NCBI GenBank assembly: GCA_027078545.1
Contig: JALWXN010000004.1
Coordinates: 704,001 to 768,000 of the forward strand
DNA: 64,000 bases
Direction of reading: 5' to 3'
Source of the DNA: Nitrososphaeria archaeon
GTDB taxonomy: Archaea; Thermoproteota; Nitrososphaeria; Geothermarchaeales; JDFR-13
The notes under the pieces: model-generated
Database searches by the model: none
The model's input: only the letters and a program-made list of their open reading frames with translations
What the model was told of the DNA's origin: nothing
Program-made: the position numbers and the translations under genes
Part shown: piece by piece, positions 28,182 through 37,977 of the stretch
How positions within the stretch are numbered: the stretch's first letter is position 1
How the letters are laid out: each line of letters begins with the position of its first letter

Positions 28182-29228
28182 ATGTCCGAGCCGAGGTGTA
28201 GCGAATGGTCACCACTCAAGGAGGGTGTCTTCAGGGGTGTCTGGGTCTATCTTGAGGTGGTGGATGGAGAGATTCATGAGGCTAGTCTACAGCTCCTATC
28301 CAAGGCCCGTGAGGTGGCCGATATCCTGGAGACCTATGTAGGTGGGGTACTTATTGGTAGCGGGGTCTCCCACCTCGCCGAGACTGCCTGGGAGTATGGC
28401 GTGGACAAGGTATTCCTCGTCGATGACGAGAGGCTTGAGAAGTATTCCCCACCGCTGTATGGCTATGTCGTCTCGGAGCTCTGTAGGGAGTATAGGCCTG
28501 AGGGCCTACTAGTGGCTGGTACACTGAGGGGTAGGGAGCTCGCCCCAAACATAGCGAACAACCTGAAGACCGGTATAACTGCTGATCTAACCATGGTCTC
28601 GGTGGATAAGGAGACGAGGGACATCATACTGATCAGGCCCCCCTTCGGTGCCTATATGCTAGCCCATATCAAGACGAGGTGGGGGAAGCCGGTGATGGGG
28701 AGTGTCAGGCCCAATGTATTCCCAATGCCTGAGAGAGAACCTGGTAGGAAGGGTGAGCTGGTGGAGTATAGCCTCGGCGAGCTTCCCAGCTATGGTGTCG
28801 AGCTCCTAGAGACTAGGAGGATCGAGAAGGCCGAGGAGATACCTATCGAGAAGGCCCGTGTAATAGTCGCTGGTGGGAAGGGGCTGGGTAGTAAGGAGGG
28901 CTTCAAACTACTGGAGGAGCTGGCGAACCTACTTGGGGGAGTCGTCGGTGGGAGTAGGAAGGCTGTGGACGCTGGGTGGATAAGCCATGATAGGCAGATT
29001 GGGCAGACTGGGAAGACGGTGAAGCCAGACCTCTACATAGCCGTGGGTATAAGCGGGGCTGCCCAGCACATCTTCGGGATTAGGGAGGCGAAGATAATCG
29101 TCGCGATAAATATCGACCGCTACGCCCCGATATTCGAGAACGCGGACTACGGCATTGTGGGCGACTATAGAGAGGTTATACCCCTCCTTATAGAGGAGAT
29201 AAAGAGGGTCAGGATGGAGCTCAGGTAG
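28182..29228 (+). CDS. fixB: Electron transfer flavoprotein alpha subunit
   Basis: GITAD, RPPFG, QIGQTGKTVKP, GISGAAQH. Confidence 0.93.
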   Translation: MSEPRCSEWSPLKEGVFRGVWVYLEVVDGEIHEASLQLLSKAREVADILETYVGGVLIGSGVSHLAETAWEYGVDKVFLVDDERLEKYSPPLYGYVVSELCREYRPEGLLVAGTLRGRELAPNIANNLKTGITADLTMVSVDKETRDIILIRPPFGAYMLAHIKTRWGKPVMGSVRPNVFPMPEREPGRKGELVEYSLGELPSYGVELLETRRIEKAEEIPIEKARVIVAGGKGLGSKEGFKLLEELANLLGGVVGGSRKAVDAGWISHDRQIGQTGKTVKPDLYIAVGISGAAQHIFGIREAKIIVAINIDRYAPIFENADYGIVGDYREVIPLLIEEIKRVRMELR

Positions 29229-29230
29229 GG

Positions 29231-30148
29231 CTAGGAGACGAGCTCCCTAAGCAGGTTCTCAAGCCCCGATCCACAGCTCTCCGCCAGTCTATAGACAGGG
29301 CTCTCCACGTCGTCTATCAATGTTCCTGAGAAGCGGAGTATCCTCGTGGCGAGTAGGAGCTTGGCAAGCTCACCAGTCATTATGGGTAGATCGGCTAGGT
29401 GGTCCACCATGAGGACGTACTCCTCCCTGTCAGAGTTCGTCCCCACGAGGTAGACGCTATTGATCGTCTTGAGGGCATCATCGACTATACGTCCATTCTC
29501 CAGTAGATCCATCATCGTCTTGTAGAGCCCCTGGTTATAGGCTAGGCCGCCCATCCTGAGCCTGGCCACAACATCTATCCCAATATCCTCGAAGGGGTTT
29601 ATAGCCCTCCAGTCCACCGTCCCTGTTGATCCCTGGGGTTCACCATCACCATGTATCACTAGGCGCCACCCACCCCTGATCCTGTTCTCCACCGCGAAGA
29701 GGTCGCGTACAACCCTCTCCAACACCCCTGATGCATAGGTGTTGCTCAGGTATAGCGTCGCCTCCACCTCCTCCTCAACAAGGTCTGAGAGGGGCTTCAC
29801 AAGCTCCATGTAGAGATACTGGTCTAGGGAGACCCTTCCCTTGAACCTCCCGGTGAACCCCGTCTCTGGGCATCTATACTCCCCCGTTACAGGGTATACA
29901 ATCACCCTGTAGTCGAAGCTGTTCTCCAGGCGGTATATAATGTCTTCATAGACGCCCCAGGCCGAGTATATCACGTTCTTATACTCGAACATGTGGAGCT
30001 CAGCCACCGCCACGTTATGTATGGCGGCGTCCTCACCCACGACTAGGATTATATAGTCCGGCTCCAGGCTGGAGAGGACCTCATCCAGCCTATGCCTAAG
30101 CTTGTGTACCTCCTCATCAGTCGCTATGGATCCTATGAAGAGCTTCAT
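29231..30148 (-). CDS. Hypothetical protein, degenerate Csx1-like CARF domain
   Basis: Block order LEPDYIILVV / VIVYPVTGEY / FKG..LDQYLY / VVRDLF recalls the archaeal Csx1 N-terminus; DxTHG and HEPN motifs absent; start MKLFIG at 30148. Confidence 0.5.
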   Translation of the reverse strand: MKLFIGSIATDEEVHKLRHRLDEVLSSLEPDYIILVVGEDAAIHNVAVAELHMFEYKNVIYSAWGVYEDIIYRLENSFDYRVIVYPVTGEYRCPETGFTGRFKGRVSLDQYLYMELVKPLSDLVEEEVEATLYLSNTYASGVLERVVRDLFAVENRIRGGWRLVIHGDGEPQGSTGTVDWRAINPFEDIGIDVVARLRMGGLAYNQGLYKTMMDLLENGRIVDDALKTINSVYLVGTNSDREEYVLMVDHLADLPIMTGELAKLLLATRILRFSGTLIDDVESPVYRLAESCGSGLENLLRELVS

Positions 30149-30219
30149 AGGATTGTGAATCCCAGGATATACGTTATAAATATAGTCGGCGGGAGAAATC
30201 AGTATGCCAGGGATGAGTA

Positions 30220-30930
30220 ATGGTATTATACACAACCCTATCAAGGGGCTCCTCCACATCTATAGGGGGGCAGAGGATAGAGCTTAGGGATGGGGATCCA
30301 CCCAGGTACGTGAGGGATGGTTATGAGGTACTTCTAGCGGGGATAGATAGGCTCCTCATACACCCCGCACCGCCGATCTACCTACCGATACTAGGGCTTT
30401 TCAGGCATGTGATGATACCGATAAAGCCGGCAGTAATAGTGGGGCCTAAGGCGGAGATAGAGGTTGTCAGGAGGGTGGTCACGGATATAGCCGTCTCCAC
30501 CCCTACAGAGGAGGTCGAGTATGTCGACGTCTTCCCCCTCAGGACGCCTAAGATGGCTGTATATGGTAGGACTGCCGACGGCCTACTCTGTAGATACATG
30601 TTCCCCGGCGAGGGGCCGGGCACTGTTGAGGTTAGGCTCAGGATCAGGAGTGACTGTAGACATCCCGTGACGCTCAGCAGGATAGTTGTCCCCACATCAC
30701 TATTCCGAATCTTCTACGCACCTGAGAGTGATAGGGCGGTGACAGCCCCACTAGACGTTACATTGGAGTGTGACGTCGCTGTGATAAGGGCTGGTGATGA
30801 GCCTGAGGACATGGTCCCAATACCGCTGGAGACGGAGAGGATGTTGACGAGGAGGATGCAGGTGGAGCCGAGGATACTGCGTACCGTTTTAGCACATGTC
30901 GAGGAGTTTATTATGGATAGGGGGTATTGA
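30220..30930 (+). CDS. DUF432 family protein
   Basis: HPAPP, K.AVYG..DG..CRY motifs; typical position directly upstream of mscS. Confidence 0.7.
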   Translation: MVLYTTLSRGSSTSIGGQRIELRDGDPPRYVRDGYEVLLAGIDRLLIHPAPPIYLPILGLFRHVMIPIKPAVIVGPKAEIEVVRRVVTDIAVSTPTEEVEYVDVFPLRTPKMAVYGRTADGLLCRYMFPGEGPGTVEVRLRIRSDCRHPVTLSRIVVPTSLFRIFYAPESDRAVTAPLDVTLECDVAVIRAGDEPEDMVPIPLETERMLTRRMQVEPRILRTVLAHVEEFIMDRGY

Positions 30931-30933
30931 GGC

Positions 30934-31746
30934 ATGGCCAACATAGAGATCTTGGGCTTCCAGCTACCCTTCACATATCAACAGCTCTACAGCGGGGTAG
31001 TGACACTGGCATTCTTCGCGGTTCTAGGACTCATACTACGGGTAATCCTCTACAGGTATGGTGTCCGTGTCCTCCCCAAGAAGATCGCCGAGAGCATATC
31101 GAACACCGTATTCTACATACTGATCTTCATAGGCGTCCTGGGCCTACTGGGCAACCTAGGTGTAGACCCAACCAGCCTCGTGGTTGCCGGCGGCATAGCC
31201 GGACTAGCAATCGGCTTCGCCAGTAGGACGGTTGTCTCCAACCTCTTGAGCGGGATCTTCCTATACATCGATAGGCCGATTAAGGAGGGCGACCCAGTCG
31301 AGGTCGAGGGAGTCGGAGGAGTAGTGGAGGATATAAACGTACTCTCCACGAGGATAACCAGCTGGGACGGCGTCTTCCACAGGATACCCAATGAGAAGGT
31401 GTTCACCACCATTATAAAGAACTTCAGCAAGACCACGGCTAGGAGGGTGGAGTATAAGATAGGCATCTCGTATAAGGACGATGTAGACAAGGCGAGGGAG
31501 ATCATCTATAGGGTCATCGATGAGGAGCCCTTGGCACTGGTGGAACCGGGTCCACAGGTCTTCCTAGAGAGCCTGGGAGACTCGGCCCAGATACTGGCCG
31601 TCAGGTTCTGGGCACCCACTCCACAGTGGTTCACGGCGAAGACGAAGGTGTTGCAGAGGATTAAGGAGGCCTTCGACAGGGAGGGTATAGAGATACCGTT
31701 CCCGAGGAGGGTTGTCTATATAAAGGATGAGAGGGATATGGCCTAG
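30934..31746 (+). CDS. mscS: Small-conductance mechanosensitive channel
   Basis: Three TMs, GIAGLAIGFA, DRPIKEGD, RIPN, GIEIPFP. Confidence 0.93.
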   Translation: MANIEILGFQLPFTYQQLYSGVVTLAFFAVLGLILRVILYRYGVRVLPKKIAESISNTVFYILIFIGVLGLLGNLGVDPTSLVVAGGIAGLAIGFASRTVVSNLLSGIFLYIDRPIKEGDPVEVEGVGGVVEDINVLSTRITSWDGVFHRIPNEKVFTTIIKNFSKTTARRVEYKIGISYKDDVDKAREIIYRVIDEEPLALVEPGPQVFLESLGDSAQILAVRFWAPTPQWFTAKTKVLQRIKEAFDREGIEIPFPRRVVYIKDERDMA

Positions 31747-32189
31747 ATAGTCAGCCTCTTAACCGCCTCGACCTCGACCTCGGACCCGTCGTCGAACATT
31801 AGTATTACGCGGAGCCTATCCTCATCGGCTACGCGGGCACCCTTAAACATTATGTGGTAGCCACCCCTCTCAAGCCTGATCTCCCCACCCGGGGAGGCGC
31901 ATACCCTCTCGACAGGCCTCATCATCTCGACTCCTCCGCTACTCACCGTCTCGTGGAGAGTTACCTTCGCCTCGGGATAGTCCGGGAGCCTAGCCCCCAC
32001 CAGGCATATCTCCTTGTCCAGCCCATTCCTAATAATCATGAAGACTCCACCACCGTCGGGGGTGGCCGTGAAATAGGGATCCTCAACTGATATCCCACCA
32101 CCCGTCCCGAGCTCCAACGTTATGTAGACCAGGATTGCGAGGGCCGCGATAAGCGCCACTACTAGGGTGAGCCGCTGCCTCTCAATCAT
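31743..32189 (-). CDS. PCu(A)C copper chaperone
   Basis: N-terminal TM, LHET...MM...GGYHIM copper-ligand motif. Confidence 0.88.
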   Translation of the reverse strand: MIERQRLTLVVALIAALAILVYITLELGTGGGISVEDPYFTATPDGGGVFMIIRNGLDKEICLVGARLPDYPEAKVTLHETVSSGGVEMMRPVERVCASPGGEIRLERGGYHIMFKGARVADEDRLRVILMFDDGSEVEVEAVKRLTI

Positions 32190-32332
32190 AATATTACACC
32201 CTTCACGAACCCATCTAAACCCTATGTCACCGTTATTACTCGTGGGTATAGATAATTATGACGCCTCGGAACTATTGGCCGTGGGTTAATCAATTCTGGG
32301 GCTGGCCTATAATTATGTATTAGTGAGCCGGG

Positions 32333-33703
32333 GTGGATGTATACCAGGATCTACGTAGGATGCTCGGTGGCTCCAAGGTCTCTAGGGATCCCTTCATCCT
32401 AGGCCTCCACACCAGGGACGCCGCTTACCTTAGGGGGGAGGCCGATGCCGTGGTATATCCCGAGTCGGTAGATGATGTTAGGCGTGTAGTTAGGTACTGT
32501 TACGAGACTGGTACACCACTGTATCCACAGGGTGGTAGCAGCGAGTTGACTGGCTCCTCCATACCTGAGGGAGGCGTCGTCATGAGCATGATACGTATGA
32601 GGCGTGTCTTGGAGTCCTCCCCCGGCGATGGATATATATATGTGGAGCCTGGGATCCGGCTGGTCGAGGTTAATATGGAGCTGGCAGGCACAGGGATGTT
32701 CTTCCCCATAGACCCTGCAAGTATAAAGACAGCCACGGTGGGTGGAGCCGTCTCGACCGGCGCGGGTGGGCTGAGAGGCTTTAAATACGGCTTGATGAGG
32801 GACTGGGTACTGGGTCTTGACCTAGTCCTGCCCGACGAGGAGGCGAGCCTACTCAGGCTTAGCTATAAGACCCTGAAGAGCCGTGAGGGATACGACCTGG
32901 TGAGGCTGATAGTTGGTAGTGAGGGGACACTAGCCATAGTTGTGGGCGCCGTCCTGAGGCTGGCACCGGTACAGGGAGACCTCTCCACAGTAGCGGCTCT
33001 ATACGACTCCCTAGAGGATCTAGTCGAGACGGTTATCCGGCTCAGGTCCTCGGGGCTCGACCTAAGTATACTCGAGTTCGTCGATAGGAACACCGTGGCC
33101 AAGGTTAGGAGCTATGGGAGGAGGGCGCCTGAGGGGGATGGAGACATGCTGCTAGTAGCGCTATCCGGAGACGTTGAGAGGGCGATGGAGATTATAAAGA
33201 TGGGTGGGGGCAGGATAGTAGCCTATGCAGAATCGATGGCCGAGGCGGAGGAGATGGGTATCTACGAGGTTAGACGGGGCTTCTACCCGGTCTTGATCGA
33301 CGAGGCTGTAGAGAGGACTGGGGGAGACCCAGCCATATATATTGAGGATGTCTCAGTCCCCCCAACCAGGCTTCCGGAGGCCCTCCCAAGGATAGTCAGG
33401 CTCCTAGAGGATGAGGGGATAAGCTACGGCCTAGCGGGTCATGTGGGTGACGGTAATATACACCCAACTATGTGGGCCAGCCATGAGGATATGGAGCATC
33501 TATACCGTGTAGGCGAGAAGATCATGGATATAGCCCTCGAGTATGACGGTGTCGTCAGTAGTGAGCATGGGATCGGGATCGTGAAGAAGAGGGCGTTGAT
33601 GCGGAGCCTTAGGCGTAGAGGCCCGAAGGCACTTGAGATTATGAGGGGGATCAAACGGCTCTTCGACCCTAGGAACATCCTTAACCCTGGGAAGGTGGTC
33701 TAG
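32333..33703 (+). CDS. FAD-linked 2-hydroxyacid dehydrogenase (GlcD/D-lactate dehydrogenase-like)
   Basis: DPAS..ATVGG, GSEGTL, HVGDGNIH, EHGIG, NPGK. Confidence 0.92.
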   Translation: MDVYQDLRRMLGGSKVSRDPFILGLHTRDAAYLRGEADAVVYPESVDDVRRVVRYCYETGTPLYPQGGSSELTGSSIPEGGVVMSMIRMRRVLESSPGDGYIYVEPGIRLVEVNMELAGTGMFFPIDPASIKTATVGGAVSTGAGGLRGFKYGLMRDWVLGLDLVLPDEEASLLRLSYKTLKSREGYDLVRLIVGSEGTLAIVVGAVLRLAPVQGDLSTVAALYDSLEDLVETVIRLRSSGLDLSILEFVDRNTVAKVRSYGRRAPEGDGDMLLVALSGDVERAMEIIKMGGGRIVAYAESMAEAEEMGIYEVRRGFYPVLIDEAVERTGGDPAIYIEDVSVPPTRLPEALPRIVRLLEDEGISYGLAGHVGDGNIHPTMWASHEDMEHLYRVGEKIMDIALEYDGVVSSEHGIGIVKKRALMRSLRRRGPKALEIMRGIKRLFDPRNILNPGKVV

Positions 33704-33706
33704 AAG

Positions 33707-33982
33707 ATGATTGGCTATGAGAAGTGTAGCTACTGCGGCTTCTGCGAATATGTATGCCCCACCTATCTCGAGACGGGCGACAGATCCCTAGGGCCGAGGG
33801 GGAGGGTATGGGCGGCTAGGGAGGTGCTTATCAAGGGGGTCCTAACCAAGACGATTGAGGTCTCCCTCTACACATGCCTCCTATGCAGGGCCTGTGAACC
33901 AGAGTGTCCAAGCAGCGTCCCAATAGTAGATGTTATCCTCAGGGCGAGGAGAAGGATTGCGGAGGTGTCCCCAGCCAGATGA
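33707..33982 (+). CDS. 4Fe-4S dicluster protein (N-terminal part of GlcF-like subunit)
   Basis: CSYCGFCEYVCPTY, PRGR, CLLCRACEPECP. Confidence 0.85.
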   Translation: MIGYEKCSYCGFCEYVCPTYLETGDRSLGPRGRVWAAREVLIKGVLTKTIEVSLYTCLLCRACEPECPSSVPIVDVILRARRRIAEVSPAR

Positions 33983-35076
33983 GTGTGGAGGGCTTCGAGA
34001 AGTATATCTCTAAGGTAAGGAGGCATCTCAAGAGTCGGCTCGGCTCTGGCCCAAGGGCGGTGTATATACCCCCATCGATAGACCAGTCGGTACTCCTGGG
34101 GATACTGGGCCTACCAGGCATAGACATGAGGGATGCGGTGTATAGATACCCCTCAACCATGATCGACAGGCTGGTAGAGAGGATAACTGGTAGGGACGAC
34201 ATACTGGTGGCCAACCTACACATGCTCTACCGCCTATACCCCCGTGGGAGGGAGGCGTACTACAGGATCCTTGAGAGGAGCGGCTCGATACTCATGATTG
34301 GGGAGTGGGAGCTCTATAGAGAGGCGGTTGAGAAGATGGGTGTCCGTGGAGACATTATCGACGAGGCTGGATTGATGGAGCTGGGGAACCCACTGGGTAG
34401 GGAGGTCTTCCTCTCAGAGGGTAGCCCCACCGCTGCCCTGGCCATCGCAAGGGGGTTGGACGGCTACTCACCAGATCCATACATGCTCAGGGATAGTAAT
34501 GAGCGGTACATCCTATACTACATGACGCTCTATAGGGGTGTAGGTAGGCTGGCCAGGATCCTCGGGCCCGGTGTAGGCATGTATATCAATAGGCTGGTTA
34601 GGAGGGGGCTACTGGTTAAGGTCGGTAGGAGGCGCGGGGTATACATGGTTAGGGATCCCCTGACTAGGCTCTACATATGGAGGAGGTTCATCCGGTCAGG
34701 TGATCCCGAGAAGTATGCCGGCTACACCTACCTCCTCAGGAAGGCGTTGGAGGGAATAGTGGGGGGTATGAGGATACCTGGCTATGAGAGGGACGTCCAC
34801 ATATCTGAGCCTATACGCTTCGCCTATATCGATAGGCTTACAATGGCCGTGGCAGACTCCTCAGGCGGGAAATACCTCTTCCGGATACTCACGGGTGAGA
34901 AGGCTGAGAAGAGGCTGTTCGAGTCCTATCCCTCCATGACAGGTGTAGGGGTTGATATAGGGGTGGCTAGCAATAGGCATATTAGGGAGCTGGCCAGGAT
35001 GGGTGTTAGGATAGTTAAGTATCAGGACCTAGCCCTACTCCTGACGAAGACGGCCGGCTTCCCAAGGAGGCTCTGA
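33979..35076 (+). CDS. Hypothetical protein, possibly an inactivated archaeal ATPase/wHTH protein
   Basis: EGSP..A, YINRLVRRGLL, YMVRDPL resemble the ATPase_2-wHTH region; no Walker A; ATGA overlap with the upstream gene. Confidence 0.5.
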   Translation: MSVEGFEKYISKVRRHLKSRLGSGPRAVYIPPSIDQSVLLGILGLPGIDMRDAVYRYPSTMIDRLVERITGRDDILVANLHMLYRLYPRGREAYYRILERSGSILMIGEWELYREAVEKMGVRGDIIDEAGLMELGNPLGREVFLSEGSPTAALAIARGLDGYSPDPYMLRDSNERYILYYMTLYRGVGRLARILGPGVGMYINRLVRRGLLVKVGRRRGVYMVRDPLTRLYIWRRFIRSGDPEKYAGYTYLLRKALEGIVGGMRIPGYERDVHISEPIRFAYIDRLTMAVADSSGGKYLFRILTGEKAEKRLFESYPSMTGVGVDIGVASNRHIRELARMGVRIVKYQDLALLLTKTAGFPRRL

Positions 35077-35077
35077 G

Positions 35078-35533
35078 ATGAGGGATGTGGCGAAGCCTCT
35101 AGCCATAGGCCTGGTACTAGCCATCGCCCTGGCACTCGTCGTCTCAACCCTCCTCAGGAATGTTGAGCCTAGGCTGGTTGGGAGCATGTATATAAACGAC
35201 GCCGGCATGCCTCCGGGCCTAGCCGGCTTCGAGTGGGTGGGGGAGTACAACGTCAGCACTGAGGATGGATACCTAGTGATCCGGCAGGTCAGGGGGCTCG
35301 GCGACTACCTGGAGAAGCATAGGTATAGGATCATCGACATAAGGATGGATGGTAATAGGCTTGTCCTAGAGATCGAGACTGGGAGGATCGTCATGGTTAG
35401 GAGTGGGGAGATGTATGTAGCGGCATACTCGATAAGTGAGAGGTTCTCTATAGGGGAGATAAGCCCTGAGTACTTCCCCGGCCTACCCAGCCACTTCTAC
35501 GTCGAGCTTAGGCTTAGGCCTGTTGAGGCCTAG
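35078..35533 (+). CDS. Hypothetical membrane-anchored protein
   Basis: N-terminal TM, beta-rich remainder. Confidence 0.55.
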   Translation: MRDVAKPLAIGLVLAIALALVVSTLLRNVEPRLVGSMYINDAGMPPGLAGFEWVGEYNVSTEDGYLVIRQVRGLGDYLEKHRYRIIDIRMDGNRLVLEIETGRIVMVRSGEMYVAAYSISERFSIGEISPEYFPGLPSHFYVELRLRPVEA

Positions 35534-35766
35534 ATATCCGTCAGTAGGATACAGCAACTACAGATCCCCTCGCCCGAGTCGTCTATAAACTTGATCACCA
35601 GGTAGTCGTCCTGCACCTCAGTCCTGACGAGGTGTGGCTTCTTAACCATCTTAGGGATGTCCAGCTCCCTGGTCTTCCCATCCCTAGTTATCCTGACCCT
35701 GACCTTGTAGTGGCCATCCACCTCCTCTATATTGACGATATCCACCGTTATCTCCTGCCTCACCAC
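35530..35766 (-). CDS. Small hypothetical protein with C-terminal CSCC
   Basis: GTG start after GGAGGGG; host-like codons; the longer ORF-track extension is unlikely. Confidence 0.5.
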   Translation of the reverse strand: MVRQEITVDIVNIEEVDGHYKVRVRITRDGKTRELDIPKMVKKPHLVRTEVQDDYLVIKFIDDSGEGICSCCILLTDI

Positions 35767-35931
35767 TCCTGACCACCCCTCCACATAGTCTTGCTTCTGG
35801 CTGGGGTGATAAATATTGTTTTTCCCAGAGCCGCGATACATATACAACATATATCCATGCCTCGGGCTACAGGGGGGAATATACCCCTGCATATAGGGAT
35901 ACGATACGGATATATCCATGGTGCAGATGAG

Positions 35932-37977
35932 ATGCCGAATAGGCTGGCAAGGGAGAAGAGTCCATATCTAAGGATGCATGCTGACAACCCTATCGACTGG
36001 TATCCATGGGGTGAGGAGGCTTTTAGGAAGGCCCGTGAGGAGGATAAGCCCATCTTCCTAAGCATCGGCTACTACACCTGCCACTGGTGCCACGTGATGA
36101 ACCGGGAGAGCTTCATGGATCCCGAGGTCGCCCGTGTGATCAACCGTGTATTCATCCCGATAAAGGTTGATAGGGAGGAGAGGCCCGACATAGACAGTAT
36201 CTATATGAAGTATGCGATGGCCGTTCTTGGGAGTGGGGGCTGGCCATTGACAGTCCTATTGACGCCTGATAAGAAGCCCTTCTTCGTGGCTACCTATCTT
36301 CCTAAGCAGACCCTTATAGAGCTCGCCGAGCGTGTCGAGAAGCTCTGGAGGACTGACCGTGGCCAGATACTTAGGTATGCCGACTCACTGGTTAGCAGTG
36401 CGTTACAGTCCCCACTCTTCAACGTGGGGGGCGTGTATAAGGAGCTTGATAGGGGGATCGTCTACGAGTTGATGAGGAGGCTCTCCCATACATATGACCC
36501 TATCTATGGGGGCTTTGGCCAGGCCCCGAAGTTTCCGAACCCCCATAGACTACTATTCCTACTACGTCTATACTGGCTGGAGGAGGAGCACCACCTCCTC
36601 GAGATGGTTCTCAAGACCATCGATGCGATAAGGTTCGGCGGGATATATGACCAGGTGGGCGGGGGCCTACATAGATACTCCACCGACGCGAAGTGGAAGC
36701 TCCCACACTTCGAGAAGATGCTCTATGACCAGGCATGGATGCTCAGGGTCTATACAGAAGCCTACCAGCTGACTGGTGACTGGATATATAGGGAGACGAT
36801 AGGCGAGATCGTGGACTTCCTGAGGCGTGAATTGTGGAGCGGCGAGGCGTTCCACAGCGCATTGGACGCGGAGTCGGAGGGGATGGAGGGGCGTTTCTAC
36901 GTATGGAGCGCCGATGAGCTGAGGAGTGTCCTAGGTGATCTATATGGCTTCGCCGAGAAGGTCTTCAACATTTCCGAGGAGGGTAACTACCTGGATGAGG
37001 CGACTGGTAGGAGGCTGGGCTACAACATACTATACCCAGGCAGGAGGTGGGAGGAGAAGGCATGGGAGCTGGGGATGGGGCTGGAGGAGTTCCTATCCAC
37101 CCTCGGAGAGGTTAGGCGGCTACTCTTCAAGGCTAGGGAGGAGAGGGTGAGGCCCAACACTGATACTAAGATACTGACGGACTGGAACGGCTACATAGCC
37201 GCGGTCCTCGCCTATGCCGGGAGGGTTCTAGGCAGTGACGATATGGTCTCACTGGCGGTGGATATCGCGGGCTTCATCAGGAGGAGGCTGTGGATAGATG
37301 GTCTTATGCATGTCTATATAGATGGTGAGCCAGGTGTCAAGGCCCTCCTCGACGACTACTCCTCCCTGATCTACATGTTCAACGAGCTCTACATGGCTAC
37401 CTCGGGGGAGGAGTATCTAGGCTATGCATTGGAGGCCGCTGATGAGATGGTGAAGAACTTCTATAGCAGGGATCTAGGGGTCTTCCTACACACCCCTATA
37501 GATGCTGGTGATGTGCCCCACCCGAATATCGAAGTATTCGATGGGCCGTATCCAGGGGGCCTATCACTGGCTATCCATGAGTTGATGAGGCTTGCCCGCC
37601 TCACCGGTGAGGATCATCTATGGGACCTGGCACTGGATGTGCTGAAGACAGCCCTCCCAAACATTGAGAGGAATCCTGAGGCGGCTCCATACCTGGTCCT
37701 AGACGTTGCATATGCACTCACAGGCGGTGGCGAAGTAGTTGTGGATGCCCGGGGCGGCTCAGATGAGCTGAGGGCCTTGCTGAGGAGCTATCTACCATTC
37801 CACGTCGTCCATTACATTGCTGATGAGCCCCCTAGGATCGGCTATGTAAGGGATATGCTCGTGGCTGATCCACCCAAGATCTATGTCTGCCAGGGATACA
37901 CATGTAGGGAGCCTGTCACCAGCCTGGAGGACTTCCACCGGGAGGTCTACCAGCTCAGGAAGAGGTGGTCGCCCTAG
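35932..37977 (+). CDS. Thioredoxin-domain protein YyaL/SSP411 (DUF255)
   Basis: [45 protein letters not shown]. Confidence 0.93.
   Translation: MPNRLAREKSPYLRMHADNPIDWYPWGEEAFRKAREEDKPIFLSIGYYTCHWCHVMNRESFMDPEVARVINRVFIPIKVDREERPDIDSIYMKYAMAVLGSGGWPLTVLLTPDKKPFFVATYLPKQTLIELAERVEKLWRTDRGQILRYADSLVSSALQSPLFNVGGVYKELDRGIVYELMRRLSHTYDPIYGGFGQAPKFPNPHRLLFLLRLYWLEEEHHLLEMVLKTIDAIRFGGIYDQVGGGLHRYSTDAKWKLPHFEKMLYDQAWMLRVYTEAYQLTGDWIYRETIGEIVDFLRRELWSGEAFHSALDAESEGMEGRFYVWSADELRSVLGDLYGFAEKVFNISEEGNYLDEATGRRLGYNILYPGRRWEEKAWELGMGLEEFLSTLGEVRRLLFKAREERVRPNTDTKILTDWNGYIAAVLAYAGRVLGSDDMVSLAVDIAGFIRRRLWIDGLMHVYIDGEPGVKALLDDYSSLIYMFNELYMATSGEEYLGYALEAADEMVKNFYSRDLGVFLHTPIDAGDVPHPNIEVFDGPYPGGLSLAIHELMRLARLTGEDHLWDLALDVLKTALPNIERNPEAAPYLVLDVAYALTGGGEVVVDARGGSDELRALLRSYLPFHVVHYIADEPPRIGYVRDMLVADPPKIYVCQGYTCREPVTSLEDFHREVYQLRKRWSP

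Noticed and set aside
33707-33982. TGA readthrough (Sec) or frameshift extending the GlcF-like gene
   Set aside because: The TGA is part of an ATGA coupling and the downstream ORF has no CCG motifs
35845-35922. ATATATCCATG occurring twice in a divergent promoter region
   Set aside because: Only two short copies in AT-rich DNA; cannot be distinguished from chance
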